64,000 nucleotides of DNA from Thraustochytrium aureum (GCA_012862495.1 BLSG01000421.1:1-64000); one strand, 5' to 3'. Positions 23,971-36,100 are shown, counted from the first letter of the stretch. Numbers and translations: made by a program. Notes: a model not told the origin generated them from the sequence alone.

Positions 23971-24642
23971 GAATGGCAGCGCGCGCAGAGGCCGGCCAGG
24001 CACTCGCTGCGCTCCGCAAGGACCTTCGTGGAGGAGGCGCTCCGTCGGCAACGGGGTCTGCTCGCGCCTCGCCGGGGTGCGATTCTGCGCGACCGCCTCC
24101 TCTTCCTAAAACAGATCAGGCGCACTGTCTCCTGCGGAAAACACACCGCGTTCCGCAGAACCCTTGCCAATGGATTCGTTCTCGTTTTGCGGTTTTTGAT
24201 TTCAAGATTGAAATCAAGATTGATCGAGATGATTGATCTTGGGCGACTTGAAGACTCGGCCGAGCCGGATGATCGATCATGACGGGGCTCTTCAGCACGC
24301 GGACTCCGTCGCGGGCGGAGCTGTCCCGTTCCTTGGGCAGCCAGACTCCTGCACTTTCTCTTGTGGTTTTAGACCCCAGTACACCGTGGAGTGTCGTGAA
24401 GATGATGGTCATGATGTTAGTTCACGCGGTTGCCGCAGAAGCGCGAGCGGGTCCGCGCGTGCGCTGGCATTGAGGCGCTGCAGCGAGCAGGTCCTGGCTG
24501 GGTTTGCTCAGACATAGGTTGAGGCGCGCCCTTCGGCTGGCTGGCTTGCTATCGCGCAAGGAGGCGTCAAAAAAAGGAAAGATCGTTTGCTTGTCGCTTT
24601 CGGCTGTAGCTGGCGGCGGACGGCGCATTCGCTTGCCGCTTT

Positions 24643-27600
24643 CTACTGGCGGCGGAGGGCTGGCGAATCCTTTGACCTGCAAGACCTCTCGTCCTTGGCA
24701 ATGCGCCACATCAACACAGCCTCTGCCTGCTTGCGCTTCGAGGCCATATCCGAGCCCCCCATCCACCACTTGCCCCATGGAAGCTTGTCAGACGTCGGAC
24801 GGGCAGAGTTGGGCGGCAGTTCTGCGAGCGCTTCCACCTCGAAGACGCCCATCCGAAAGTGCTTGGGGAGCGCCACAGATCTCTCCACAGGCGTCGGAAT
24901 GCCGGACGTGATCAGGTTTTTCTGGCAACCCACCACATACGAAGCAAAGTGATCCAGCGTCGCCTTGGTGGGCTTGTAGAGCGCAAGCGGGCTGAGCATC
25001 AATCCGGACTGCGTGGAAGCCGGCAGCGCGGCATCGGCGTCCGCCGCGACTGTCTCGGTCAGGTACGGCACCGGGTCGCGAAAGATGACCGTGTTGGGCG
25101 TGACCGAGATCACAGATAGACGCTCTTTGAGGAGTTTGTAGATGATGCCCGTGCGCAGCATCGAGCGCTGGCGGCTGACCATCGTGGGGATCGTCACGAC
25201 GCTTGCCCCGATACCGTTCAGGGAGAGAAGGCTCCGCAGCCGCTTGGACGGCGCATCCCCAACGACCACCACCACCGTACTCTCGAGCATGCTGGCCGAG
25301 TCGGCAGCCATGCGCAAGTTGCAAAAGTGGTTGGACGTCAAGTCCACGGTGTCTGCTTCCACAAAGTGTAGGTACACGAGGTCGCCGAGCGGCGACGGCT
25401 TGGCGATACGGCCGGCCACGCGGACCAATTCGGTGAGGTCCCACTCGGACGCAAGCGCACTGTCCGCCGCGAGGGGGTTGTCGCTGAAGCGGTTCGAGCA
25501 GGTTTTGCCAGAGTTGTCCAGGAACCAGTGGCCCCATCGGATAGCACGTTCCTTCTTCGCAACATTGCCCCGAATCCAGTTGTTGAGGATCACGTTGGGG
25601 TTGAGCGAGTCGCTGCGGTGGTTTTTGCCGTACCAGAGCCCCGGCGCAAACTTGGTGAGAGGCAGAAACAACTTCTTGATTTTGTCGGCGTTCGGATTGG
25701 CAGACGTCTTGTAGATGAGGCCCATGAACATGCGCTGCTCGTTGCCCTGGCCGCCCACCACTTCCTTGTGCTTTTTCGAGAGGGCCTTGAGGCGCGAGTC
25801 GAACGCGACGTAGAGCTTGCGGACCACCTCGACAACCAAGTCGCGCGCCTTGAGCCACAGAAAGCCCCCGTTCATGCCGTGCGCGTTGGAGTAAAAGTCG
25901 TTGTGGAACGCCACGATGTCCATCGCAGGATCGATCTCCTGCAGGAGATACGACACGGGGTCTCCGAAAAACGACGTGTCAGACTCCACGAGAAGGAGGT
26001 TGACGCCGTTGCGGAGAAGGGCCTCCAGAATCGCGGCGCGGTATAGGATAAACCTATAGTAGCTCAGACGGCCGTACCGCAACTCCTTCGGAGATTCGTG
26101 CACCTGCAAGTGCACGTTCAGGGGGACGCCGATGACATTCACAAACGCGGACAGCTGATCGTAGGAAGCCTGATCGGTGCAGACAAACAGGGTGCGGTCG
26201 AGCACGCGCGGCATGTACCGCACGTTGCAGATCCACGACTTGGTGATCTCGACAAACCCTTCGTTCAGCAGCTGGAGGAAGAGGATGCCCTCCGATTCCA
26301 GTTTACGAGCCTTGTCGACAAGCGCAGCGGTGTCCATATCGCTGCCCATCTGCTGCACCTGCGCATTCGTTATCGGCGCGGCGAGCTCAGCAATGTCCTC
26401 AGGTGCAAGCTCCTCTTGGCTTTCAGCCGGAGGCGGGGGCTCCTCCATGGCGTCGTCGGTGCCAAACTCCTCCTCCGCGTCGTCCAGCTCCTCCCCGCGC
26501 AACTCGTTGACCACCTCTGGGGCCTCGCCCTCTTCGATAACGGGGACCTCGTCCTCCTCGTCCGTCCCGGGGGTCACGGCCGGATCGACGTGCCCCGTGA
26601 GCTGCTTCTCCGGGGGGTAGGAGACGCCTTCCTTTTTGAGGCCCCACGAGTAGAGCGTGATCTCGTCCGGGGGCGACTCCCACTCGGGGAGCCATTCGTC
26701 AGCGTCCAGCGTTTTGAAGTCCGCCCCGCGCGTCTTGCCGTAGTGGACGCCTCGCTCGCGGTAGTTGCTTGCCATCGCCTTTTTGTTCGGCGGCGTGATG
26801 TAGATGTTGTACACGCTGTGCTTTTCGCAGTACCAGATCCAGTATTGGGTCCACATCTTGCCTCTGCGCTGACGATTGAACCACTTGGTCGTGATCAGCC
26901 CCGGAACCGAGGGGTTGAGCGTCTCAAAGTCGAGCTTCAGGAACTGCCGCCAGTGCTTGGCCGACGGCGCAAAGCCCCAGGACCCCAGCAGCTTGTATGC
27001 GAACGGCTTTTGCGTGGACTGGACTGTCCGCGACTTGCCACTCGTCGCCACCAGGCGCTGCCGCTGAAGCGTATACCCGGCGATCTCGGGTCGCTCGTCA
27101 TACGCCTTGTGCATGAGCGTGAGCCACCGGTAGTACGTGGGAGACACCGCAAGGTCGTCCTCCAGGATGATGGCGCGTTCGTCGTCGGTCTTGGGCGACC
27201 AGGCCGTGAGCCATGCTTGAGCCAGGCCGCCGTTCTTTTTCGCCACCACAACGTCCTTCGGGCCAAACGTCCAGACAAATTCGTTTGCGACTTTGATCGA
27301 CTTTTCCCAGTCGTTGCCAGACCCGCCGTCGATGCGGATGTGCAAAGCGATCATGTCGTCGCCGTACTCGGCGGCCGCGAGCGACTTGAGGAGCCGCTCC
27401 ATGCTCTTGTAGCGCTTATAGCCGAGCACATAGATGTGAAACGCAGGCTCTGCCGCGGCCGGCTCGGCGTTTGCCAGCAAGCCTTTGGACTTGTCGACCA
27501 CCAAGTTGTTGCCTGCGCCGCCAATCACGGTCACCTGCGTCTCCGCGCTGCCCGGCGACACCCCCATGCGAACCAGCAGCATTAGCGCGCAGATGCCCAT

Positions 27601-27690
27601 CGCATACTTGACTAGGCTCCATCGATTGATCCCACCAGCACCGCGCGCCCGCATCTGCTGCTGAAGCGAGGCCAGCTGGGGTCGCCGCAT
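24643..27690 (-). CDS. Multi-domain type-II membrane glycosyltransferase, paralog 2 (1015 aa)
   Basis: TM anchor (LVKYAMGICALMLLV), GT-A domain (RYKSMERLLKSL..AEY, IDGG, ILEDDLAVSP, LGSWG), Glu-rich linker, GT77-like domain (LNEGFVEITKSWICN, ESDTSFFGDP, MNGGFLWL, NEQ, NNWIRG..KKER...GHWFL) and a third degenerate copy. Confidence 0.88.
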   Translation of the reverse strand: MRRPQLASLQQQMRARGAGGINRWSLVKYAMGICALMLLVRMGVSPGSAETQVTVIGGAGNNLVVDKSKGLLANAEPAAAEPAFHIYVLGYKRYKSMERLLKSLAAAEYGDDMIALHIRIDGGSGNDWEKSIKVANEFVWTFGPKDVVVAKKNGGLAQAWLTAWSPKTDDERAIILEDDLAVSPTYYRWLTLMHKAYDERPEIAGYTLQRQRLVATSGKSRTVQSTQKPFAYKLLGSWGFAPSAKHWRQFLKLDFETLNPSVPGLITTKWFNRQRRGKMWTQYWIWYCEKHSVYNIYITPPNKKAMASNYRERGVHYGKTRGADFKTLDADEWLPEWESPPDEITLYSWGLKKEGVSYPPEKQLTGHVDPAVTPGTDEEDEVPVIEEGEAPEVVNELRGEELDDAEEEFGTDDAMEEPPPPAESQEELAPEDIAELAAPITNAQVQQMGSDMDTAALVDKARKLESEGILFLQLLNEGFVEITKSWICNVRYMPRVLDRTLFVCTDQASYDQLSAFVNVIGVPLNVHLQVHESPKELRYGRLSYYRFILYRAAILEALLRNGVNLLLVESDTSFFGDPVSYLLQEIDPAMDIVAFHNDFYSNAHGMNGGFLWLKARDLVVEVVRKLYVAFDSRLKALSKKHKEVVGGQGNEQRMFMGLIYKTSANPNADKIKKLFLPLTKFAPGLWYGKNHRSDSLNPNVILNNWIRGNVAKKERAIRWGHWFLDNSGKTCSNRFSDNPLAADSALASEWDLTELVRVAGRIAKPSPLGDLVYLHFVEADTVDLTSNHFCNLRMAADSASMLESTVVVVVGDAPSKRLRSLLSLNGIGASVVTIPTMVSRQRSMLRTGIIYKLLKERLSVISVTPNTVIFRDPVPYLTETVAADADAALPASTQSGLMLSPLALYKPTKATLDHFASYVVGCQKNLITSGIPTPVERSVALPKHFRMGVFEVEALAELPPNSARPTSDKLPWGKWWMGGSDMASKRKQAEAVLMWRIAKDERSCRSKDSPALRRQ

Positions 27691-28290
27691 TTTCGACCGA
27701 AACGACCTCGCCTAGGTAAATATACCTCTCCTCCTGCGCCGTCTGCCGCGAGCGGGATGCCGCGAGCGCGTTGCGCGCTATGTTGCCGTACCGCGCGCTG
27801 CGCAGGCGCCAGAGACTCGCGGGCTTCCCGACGTCCTCGCCACGCGCCGTCCCACACCGCAACGCGGGGTGTTCGGGCTCTGCGGCTGGCTGGCTCCATG
27901 GAAAAAAAAATCTGTCTCCACAACCATTGTCCACAACTCTTTGGAAAGTGAGGCGCCGCGCGATGGCCAGGCGCGGGCCATGGCGCAGACCGCTTGTCAC
28001 CATCGTTGAGTAGGGGCCCGCATCGCGAGCGCTAGTAGGGCTTGGTTGCGCGCAACGCCTTTCTTCCTGGCCCCTGCGGCTGGGAAGCACTTTCGCCTCG
28101 TCCTGGCTTGGTCCGCGAGCGGCCACAGCGCAACCCCTATGTGTGGCCCGGCCGCCGCAGGACAGCGCCCCGGCCCTGATTAGGAAGGACCCTGGTAGAG
28201 TACTCTTGCGCGATGATGGCTTGCGCAGCGGCTATTGCTCCGGAGGTTTTGCGACAGCTTTATCTTTATCTACTACCTACCTACAAACCT

Positions 28291-31200
28291 TTAGGGCGGG
28301 GGCAGTCTTCTCCGGACGTTGCGCGAGCACGCGGGGACCCGGAAGGGGTGGCCCGGGATCGGCAACACCAGGCTCGGGTTGGGCGACAGCTGCACCTCGT
28401 CCACCTGCGCCTGGCGCTTTGCGCAAGACATGTACGTAATTCTCCCGATCACCTCGAGCGCGTCTGCGACCGGAATAGACGAGCCGAGAAGGCGCACAAC
28501 GCCGTGCTCTCCGCAGGAGAAGCGCGAAACGGCCGAACGCAGGAGCCGCTCGACAAGCTGGTTGCACAAAATGTGGTCTGGCTTGTCGGAAGCAGCGCCA
28601 CAACGAGTCTCCCACTGGGCGTAAAACACGTCGAGCTCAGCCTCCAGAGCCGAACGCAAGCCGAGGTCTGCGATGCGCTCAAGGACGTTGTGCGAAATAA
28701 AGCGGCGCAGGTCGTCCGTGGGCATGTACTCGAACGCTTTTGGGTTGACCCAGTCTTCGAACAAAAGCTTGACGTCGCGATCGTGGGTTGGGTCGCTCGG
28801 GACATCCGTGTCCGCACTTCCTGGAACCTCGGTTCCATCTATTTTGTAGCGGCGCGACATGCGCATGAGCTCAAAGAGCCGCGGCGAGCCGACCGTGTCT
28901 AGAATGAGATGGACGCGGTCCAGAGGCGAACCGTTGTTGACGTAATGGCGGTTGCCGTTGTCGAACAAGTAGGCATAGCCTGGCTCCATGTACACGGACG
29001 AGTCGCCGGCGCCAAACTTGACCGCGGGGTGGGTAACGATGGGCACGTGGATACGAAATCGACGAGCCCAGTACCCATGGTTGAAGGACCGCGCGCCCCT
29101 GCCCCGACTTTGAAACTCGACGTCGTCCGTGTGTTCCTTGACCTTCTCGCCAGCCTTGAGCATCATGAATCGGGATCGCCCGAGCACGATGCCGAGCGCG
29201 TCGATCACGCGACGCAAGTACGGCGTGTTGCTCAGCCGGCCAGGCACTGGCGCAAAGGGGCCTTGTCTGCTCTCCTCGAGCTCGCCTCTATTCGTCGCGA
29301 GGAGGATAAAGTAGTTGTTGACGTCGGCCCTGTAGGTGTACCCAAAGGCGTTTTTGAGCCACTCTGCTTCCTTGCGCATCACGCTCGTGTCGAAGCGCAG
29401 CGGCAGTTTGTAAAACATGTCGGACTCGCCTGTCAACCCGAACGCGTGGCCCTGCAATTTGCTCTCCATTAGGAGTTTGAAGTACTCGTTCACGCACGTC
29501 TCGGGATCGACCTGCCGTGTGGGGGCGTTTCCGGGAGCGCGCATCCCAAGAGCAGCGGGAGGTTGCGTCGAGACCGCCGCGTCGTCATTCTGCGCATTGC
29601 CAAGCGCCCCTCGATCCTCAGCATCCTTCTGTGCATCCCCAAGCGCCTCTCGATCCTCAGCATCCTCATCCGTCCCCTCGCCTCCAGCTTCTGCAAGCCC
29701 AAGCGGCAGCTTTGTATTACCGCTCTGTGCGGTTTCAGCAGCGCGGTCGTCCTCGCGAAAGCACGGCGGCACGCGGAACTTGTGGCCAGGCAAGGGAAGC
29801 ACCATGTCCTGCTCCTGGACCTGCCCAGCGCTGGAGAAAGAGACCGAGCCCTTGGGGGGGTCACCGCACGCAAAGTACGACATTCGCAGAATCACCTCGA
29901 TTGCGTCAACAACACGCACGCTTGAGCTTTCGAGGGAAAAGCTGTCTTGCGTGCACGGGCCGATCGACAGGGCGGTCCGCAAAAACACCTTCGCAAGCGT
30001 GTTGCATGTAGCGAGCTCTGGGTTTGGCGATTGGCAGTTCTGGCCCCACCCCGCGACGAAATCGTCTCGAGCGCGACGGAGCGCGCGAAGCGCACCGGGG
30101 CTGCCCTGGATCCGGCGGGAACAGCGAGTTCTCCAAATACTCGAGGAGCGCGTTTGCCGGCATTGTCTTGAAAGCGGGCTCGTCTCGCCACTCCTCGAAC
30201 AGCGGCCACACTGACGGGTCTAGCACCGCGTTCGGAGGCACAGGCACGTCCGGTGCGCCCGGCACTGACGAGCCATCCTTGCGAATTACCTCGGCCTGCC
30301 GCGCTAGGTCAAAGAGCTGCGCTGTGCCCAGCGTGTCGATAATGAGGTGGACCCGGTCAACAGGCGACGCGTTTTCAACAAAGTGCGGGTTGCCGTTGTC
30401 GAATAGGTACGCGTACCCGGCGCGCATGTGGATGGCTGTCTTGGCTGAACCAAAGGTCACGTCAGGGTGAGTGAAAATCGGAATGTGCACCCGGAACCTG
30501 CGCCCCCAATATCCAGGCCAGAACTTTTTGCTGTCCCGTTTGGGCAGGAACTGGACATCGTCCCGATGCCGCTTCACCTTTTCTCCGGCTTTTGAGGAGC
30601 ATGAAGCGGCTTCGACCGACGATAGCTCCGAGTGAATCCATGACGCGTCGCAAGTACGGCGTTTTGGCGAGGCGGTCGGGGACTGCCTGAAACGGCCCTG
30701 CCCGCCCCTCTTCGAGCTCACCTCGCTTGGTCGCCAGAAGGATAAAGTAGTTGTTGACGTCAGCTCGGTACGTATACCCCACTGTGCGGCGGAGTAGATC
30801 GGCCTCGCGCTGCATTGCTTCCACGTCAAATTTCAGCGGAAGGCGGTAAAACATGTCTTGATTCTCGCGCAGCAGGCCGAAAGGCAGTCCTTGCAGTTTG
30901 TGCTCGGCAAGATTGCTCATGTAGGCACGCTCACACGCGTCCGGAGGCGTTGTCGGCGCCGTGGCGCCCTCCTCGATCTGCGCGACCAACCCAGCTCGCC
31001 CCCGGGCTTCCTCGGAGCGACCGGGGTCCTCACGGTTTGGCAGGTCAGCTCCTTCCGACGGTGCACTGTCTTCTTCTGGTGCGACGGGAGGCAGTGTTTG
31101 GCCCGGCTGGGAACCCAGGTGTTCTGGGCGGCCGCGCGGCGTCCAGTTCTCAGCATCAACGAAGATCTCATCTGAGCCCGCGACTTGCTCGCTGGAGATC

Positions 31201-32548
31201 TCGCGGTACGAGCTGTCTCTGGCGATGAAGGGCGCCCCGATAACGTTGATGATTCCCATCGTCCCGACCCCCTTGCGCACCCACAAAAGGCGGCGTCTGT
31301 CCAGGTCGAAGGCGAGCAGAGCAGTGTCGACAGTGGCCCTGGCCTGCCGGCTCGCCATGAAGTCACTCATGCCAAAGTACGCCACCCGGTTCACCACAGC
31401 GAGGCCCTTGAGAAATTTGCGCGGCTCGTTCGGGCTGGAGTACTTGTAGCTCCAGAGTTGCTCGGGTTCGGCGCGCACTTTGCCCCTTTGCAAGCAGTCT
31501 TTGGGAATGGGGACCCGCAGAAGCGCTACGCTTTTTGACGACAGAACGAGGAACGACGAGTCGCCGTCAAGGAACACGAGCCCATGCGCCTGGTTGCCCA
31601 CTTGCTCGATCTCGCAGATCCGGTTCCCTGTCGTCGGGTCCAACTCGACGATTTTGCTCGGGCCGATGTTGTGCAGCATCACGAAAACGGTTCCGCGGTC
31701 GCTCACAGCCAGGGTGTTGATGTGCTCCGTCTTCGTGAACACTGGAAACCTGCGGAAAAGCGTCATATCTGGGGCAGTCAGGTCCAGCACGCTTCCGGTC
31801 ACGTCGGCCACGAAGACGCGCTTGCCCTCCGGGGCCATGACGGCGTCGTGCATGTAAAGCGTGTCCACGTCGACCGTGCGGAGGATCGCAGCGTTGCTCT
31901 CCAGGGCAACGTCGAATAGGCTCAGTTTGTCTGGGCTTGGTCCCACCGACTTGCCTTGCGAGACCCAAACGTGGCCAGGCTCGGTGCTTGGGAACATCCC
32001 ATAGTAGACTCCGTTCCCCTGGTCGATCGTCTTGTAGGTGTCCTTGTCGACGTTGTAGAGCACGAGCTTCTTGTGCGACGTGAGCAGCAGCACGAGGTCG
32101 GTCGTGCGGCTCGCTGCGCGCCACGAAGGTGGAGCCCTGCCTTCAAGAGAGTGCGCGGCGTCGTGGCCACCTTGCTCCGGCCTGCCGACCTGCTCGCCGT
32201 TGTCCGCCCTCTTCTTGTCAATCTTGCCCAGTTTGGCTTCGAGGATGTCGGCGTGGCCCTGTATCGCGCGCAGCTTTTCGTACTCTTCGTTGCTGATCGT
32301 GATGGTGCCTTTCCCAGCGCCATCCGCCCCGATCCATCCGGCCCCGATCCATCCGGCCCCGTCGTGTTTCCTTGCAAGGGGTTGCTCACTCTGATCAGGT
32401 GCAGCATGACCATGCCAACGGCCAGAAACAGCACCACCAGCCCGAGCGGCCACCGCCTCGCCGACCGCCCCCCGTTTCTCCGCACATGCGTCTCATCGGC
32501 CGCCTGAAGCCGCCTCGTCGTCGCCACGGCGCCGCCTCGCTGCAGCAT
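28291..32548 (-). CDS. Type-II membrane protein: beta-propeller + two tandem Asp/Asn-beta-hydroxylase-like 2OG-Fe(II) oxygenase domains; three apparent frameshifts (~32325, ~30590, ~30115)
   Basis: TM (WPLGLVVLFLAVGMVML), propeller-like blades (HDAV, HINTLAV, AHGLV, FLKGLAVVNRVAYFGMS), then two homologous units with GRSRFM.LKAGEKVK.H.DD, RFR.H.PI.THP, YLFDNGN.H.V.N.SP.DRVHLI.DT (HxD...H...R intact in both). Confidence 0.82.
29587..29667. repeat. 39-bp coding tandem duplication in the linker between the hydroxylase domains
   Basis: Encodes DAEDREALGDAQK / DAEDRGALGNAQN. Confidence 0.8.
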
Positions 32549-33178
32549 GCCGGCCGCGTCGCGCAGTCAGTCCTCCGACACTGTCAACCAGCCCCGACAA
32601 CGCGGCCGCAGAGCCGTGCGGGCGGGCGGGGCACCAGCCTTAGGCCCTTCGATCCTCGCGGCCGCTGCCGCCGCGCACGGCCTGCGTGCGTTGTAGCTCT
32701 GCGCCTTGCTTGGCCCGGCCGGGCGCTGGCCGTTGCTCTGTTATTGCCGCCTGTTGCTTGTCGTCCCAGCTACATCAGAGCAGATCAGCAGAGTAACAAC
32801 GACGAGTTCGGAGTGGACTCGGAGCTGGAGTTGCTTGCAATGGGCAGGAAAGGAAGGCCATCGTCCTTGTGTTCAGATCGGCAGATGTCAGATGCGGCTT
32901 TTGGGCCTCCATCCCGGCTGGCTGCGCGACGGCGACGCCGCAGTTGGCATGCAGTCGAGCCCGCGCTGCGGGCTCAGGTTTGCGCTTTGCGACGTCGAGA
33001 GCAACTGGCGAGCCGACTGGGACGAGCGCGGCATCGGGTCCGTGGCAGCCCTCGCCCCCTCCCCTCCACGTCGGTGATGGTGGACGGGTGCGGGGACCTG
33101 CAGCGCCATGGTGTTTCTACATACGGTTGCTGTTCATTTTGGAAGAAAAAAAGGGAACTCGGCGTTGGCAAGTGCAGG

Positions 33179-36100
33179 TCAGAGTCGCGACGGCGACCGC
33201 CAGCTTGTCGACGCGTGAAGCGCACGAGAAACCCAATACCGCGACTCGGCTGGGTCGATGACGGTGTCGATGGCAAACTCGTTCGCGAGGTTGAGCGCGC
33301 TCCCGCGGTCATACGCGGCTTTGACGAGGCTGTCAAAGGCTACCTTGCGCTCCTCCGGGTCGGGGATGGCGTCCAGCTGCTTGCGAAAGCCCAGCTCCAC
33401 TGCCCCCTCCAGCCCCATCGCGCCAAATTCGGCCGTGGGCCACCCAACCACAAACATGTTTTTCAGCTGAAAGCCGCCGCCGCTCATCGCCATCGCGCCA
33501 AGCCCATAAGCCTTGCGCAGCACAATTGTGAAATGCGGCACTGACAGGGCCGAGCTGGCACGAAACAGCCGCGAGGTCTGCTTGACGAGCCCGGTCTTCT
33601 CGAACTCGGTCCCAACGATGAATCCGGGCGTGTCGATTAGCGAGAGCACCGGAAGCCCAAACCGCTCGCAGAGCTCCAAAAACCAAGCTGCCTTGTCGCA
33701 ACCGTCCGCGTCCAGGGCGCCGCCGAGCACTGCGGGTTGGTTGGCCAAGATCCCGACTGGGGCGCCCTCGATTCGCGCAAAAGCGACGACGGTGGACCGG
33801 CCAAAGGCAGAGCAGAGCTCTAGCACGGAGTCCGCATCGGCCATCGAACGAAGCACCGACTTGACGTCGTAGCTCTTCTTCCGGTCAGCCGGCAGCACAG
33901 CGCGGAGAGCCCGCTGGTCACCGCTTGTCCATTTGTGGACCGGGCCCTGGAAATAAGATAGCGCCCGCTTGGCGACTTGCACCGCCTCCGCCTCGTCCCT
34001 AACAAGAACGTGGACGACTCCGTTCTCAAACTGCATGCGCGACGGGCCGAGCAGGGCGGGGTCTACACGGCCCTGGCCAGCGAACTCCACCATAACGGGG
34101 CCAGCCATCGCAATGGAAGCGTCCCGAGTGGCGATTACAATGTCGCACAACCCCAACAGAGCTGCGTTGCCAGCAAAGTTGAATCCCGAGGCGATCCCGA
34201 TCTGCACGTTGGACTTTGCACGGACCAGCAGGTGCCAAGCCGGAACGCCGAGGCCCGCCGAGCCGGCGTCTTTGGGGCGTGAAGTCGTTCGGGCGACCGC
34301 CGCCGCCCTCAGTGAGCATGATCAGCGGCAAGTTCCAGTCCCCCGCGATCTCGAACAGTCTGTCCTTCTTCAGGTGACCGCGCACCCCCTGCGTCCCAGC
34401 CTGGACCAGGTAGTCGTAGCTAAGGACCGCACACGCAGACCGCGGGGGTGCGGCTCCGCCGTGGCGCTTGTCGGCCCCAAATAGCGCCCCGTTCACGCAC
34501 CCAATTCCGGCCACGACGGCATCGCCCTGAGTGGTGGCGACAAGGTCATCCAATGAGCGCCGGCCGAGCTGGTGCGCAATTGCCAGGTCCCCGTACTCGA
34601 TCCAGGTTCCTTCGTCGACGATGTCGCGCACATTCTCGCGCGCGCTGCGGCGCCCGATGGCGTGCCGCTTGGCTTTGATTTTGGCTGCGCGAAAGTCATC
34701 GTCTAGAAACGTGCGCCGTTGAAATAGGGCCTCGAGCTCGGGCCGGGTGTACGTGTCAAGGTCGATTTCGCCCGACAAAGACTCGCCGGTCCCCCTCTCG
34801 CGGTCAACTTGCGGCGCAAGCTCGAACAAAACGTCAGCCTCTTTGACGGCAGCTCCGGGCTCTACGCAAACGCGCACGATGGTGCCAGACCGGTCGGCCT
34901 GCAGCTCGTGCTCCATTTTGAACGCGGAGAGGACTGCAACGGTGTCTCCAGGTTTGATTTGGTCTCCCTCCTTGACACGAAGTGCGACCACCTCGCCGTG
35001 GATCGGACTTCCAATGAGCGTGTCCGGAAGGTCGTCCAGCGCGACATTCGAGGAGACAGCAGAAGTGCCGACGGCGGCCTCATAAAGGCCGGCTAGGCGA
35101 GACTTTGCCGCAGACATATCGTTTGCCCGCTGCACGAGCGCGGCGGCGTGCTCGGCGACGAATTGCGTGGTGAGTGCTGTGTTGTCCACGAAGGCACTGT
35201 GCTCGAGCGCGGCCAGCAAGAATGGGGCATTGGTCTGCACACCGTCGATGTGCAGCTCGCGAAGCGCGGTTCGAGCGCGAGCGGTCGCCGTCGCAAAGTC
35301 CGCGGCCCAGACAACTACCTTGCCAAGAAGAGAGTCGAACAGCGCGTTCGTTTCGTATCCGGGCAATGCTGCCGAGTCGAACCGCACGCCGGGCCCGCGA
35401 GGCGCTTGCAGGCTTCGGACACGGCCAAAGTGAGGCTTTACGGTGCCGTCAGGGAGCAGGGTCTCCGCGTTCACGCGGAGTTGGATCGAGCACCCCGCAG
35501 CCCGGGGCGTCCTCGGAAGGCCCAGCTCGGACAAGCGAGCCCCAAGGCAAGCAATTTCCAGCTGCGCTTTGACGAGGTCCACGCCCCAGACCTGTTCGGT
35601 TACGGTGTGCTCAACCTGCAGCCGAGGGTTGCATTCCATAAAGTAGAACTTGGGCGACGCCGCCGTCCCTGAAGTTGCTGTGGGGACGAGGAACTCAAAG
35701 GTTCCGAGCCCCTCGAGCCTCGCCGCCCTGGCCAGCTTCACTGAGGCCCTCTCCAAGTCGCTGCGAAGACCAGGGTCGAGGCTTGGGCAAGGGGTCAGCT
35801 CGATAAGCTTTTGGTTTTGCCGCTGCACGCTGCACTCGCGCTCGCCGAGCGTCTTAATATCGCCATGAGAATCGCAGACGACTTGCACCTCAATGTGCTT
35901 GGCGTTTTCGACGTACACCTCGGCGAAGAGGTGGTCCGAGCCAAATGCGCTGCGGGCCTCTGAAGCGCACCGTTCAAACGCCTCGTCAGCCTCGGCGGGG
36001 GTTCTGACAATCCGCATGCCCTTGCCACCCCCGCCATGGCTCGCCTTCAGCATCACGGCCGCCGCGCGCGCGGGAACGTGCTCGGTGACGAACCTGCGAA

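Noticed and set aside
26098..27585. Long antisense ORFs (also 7005..8126, 2629..3921, 47567..48640)
   Set aside because: Expected shadows of high-GC3 genes on the opposite strand.
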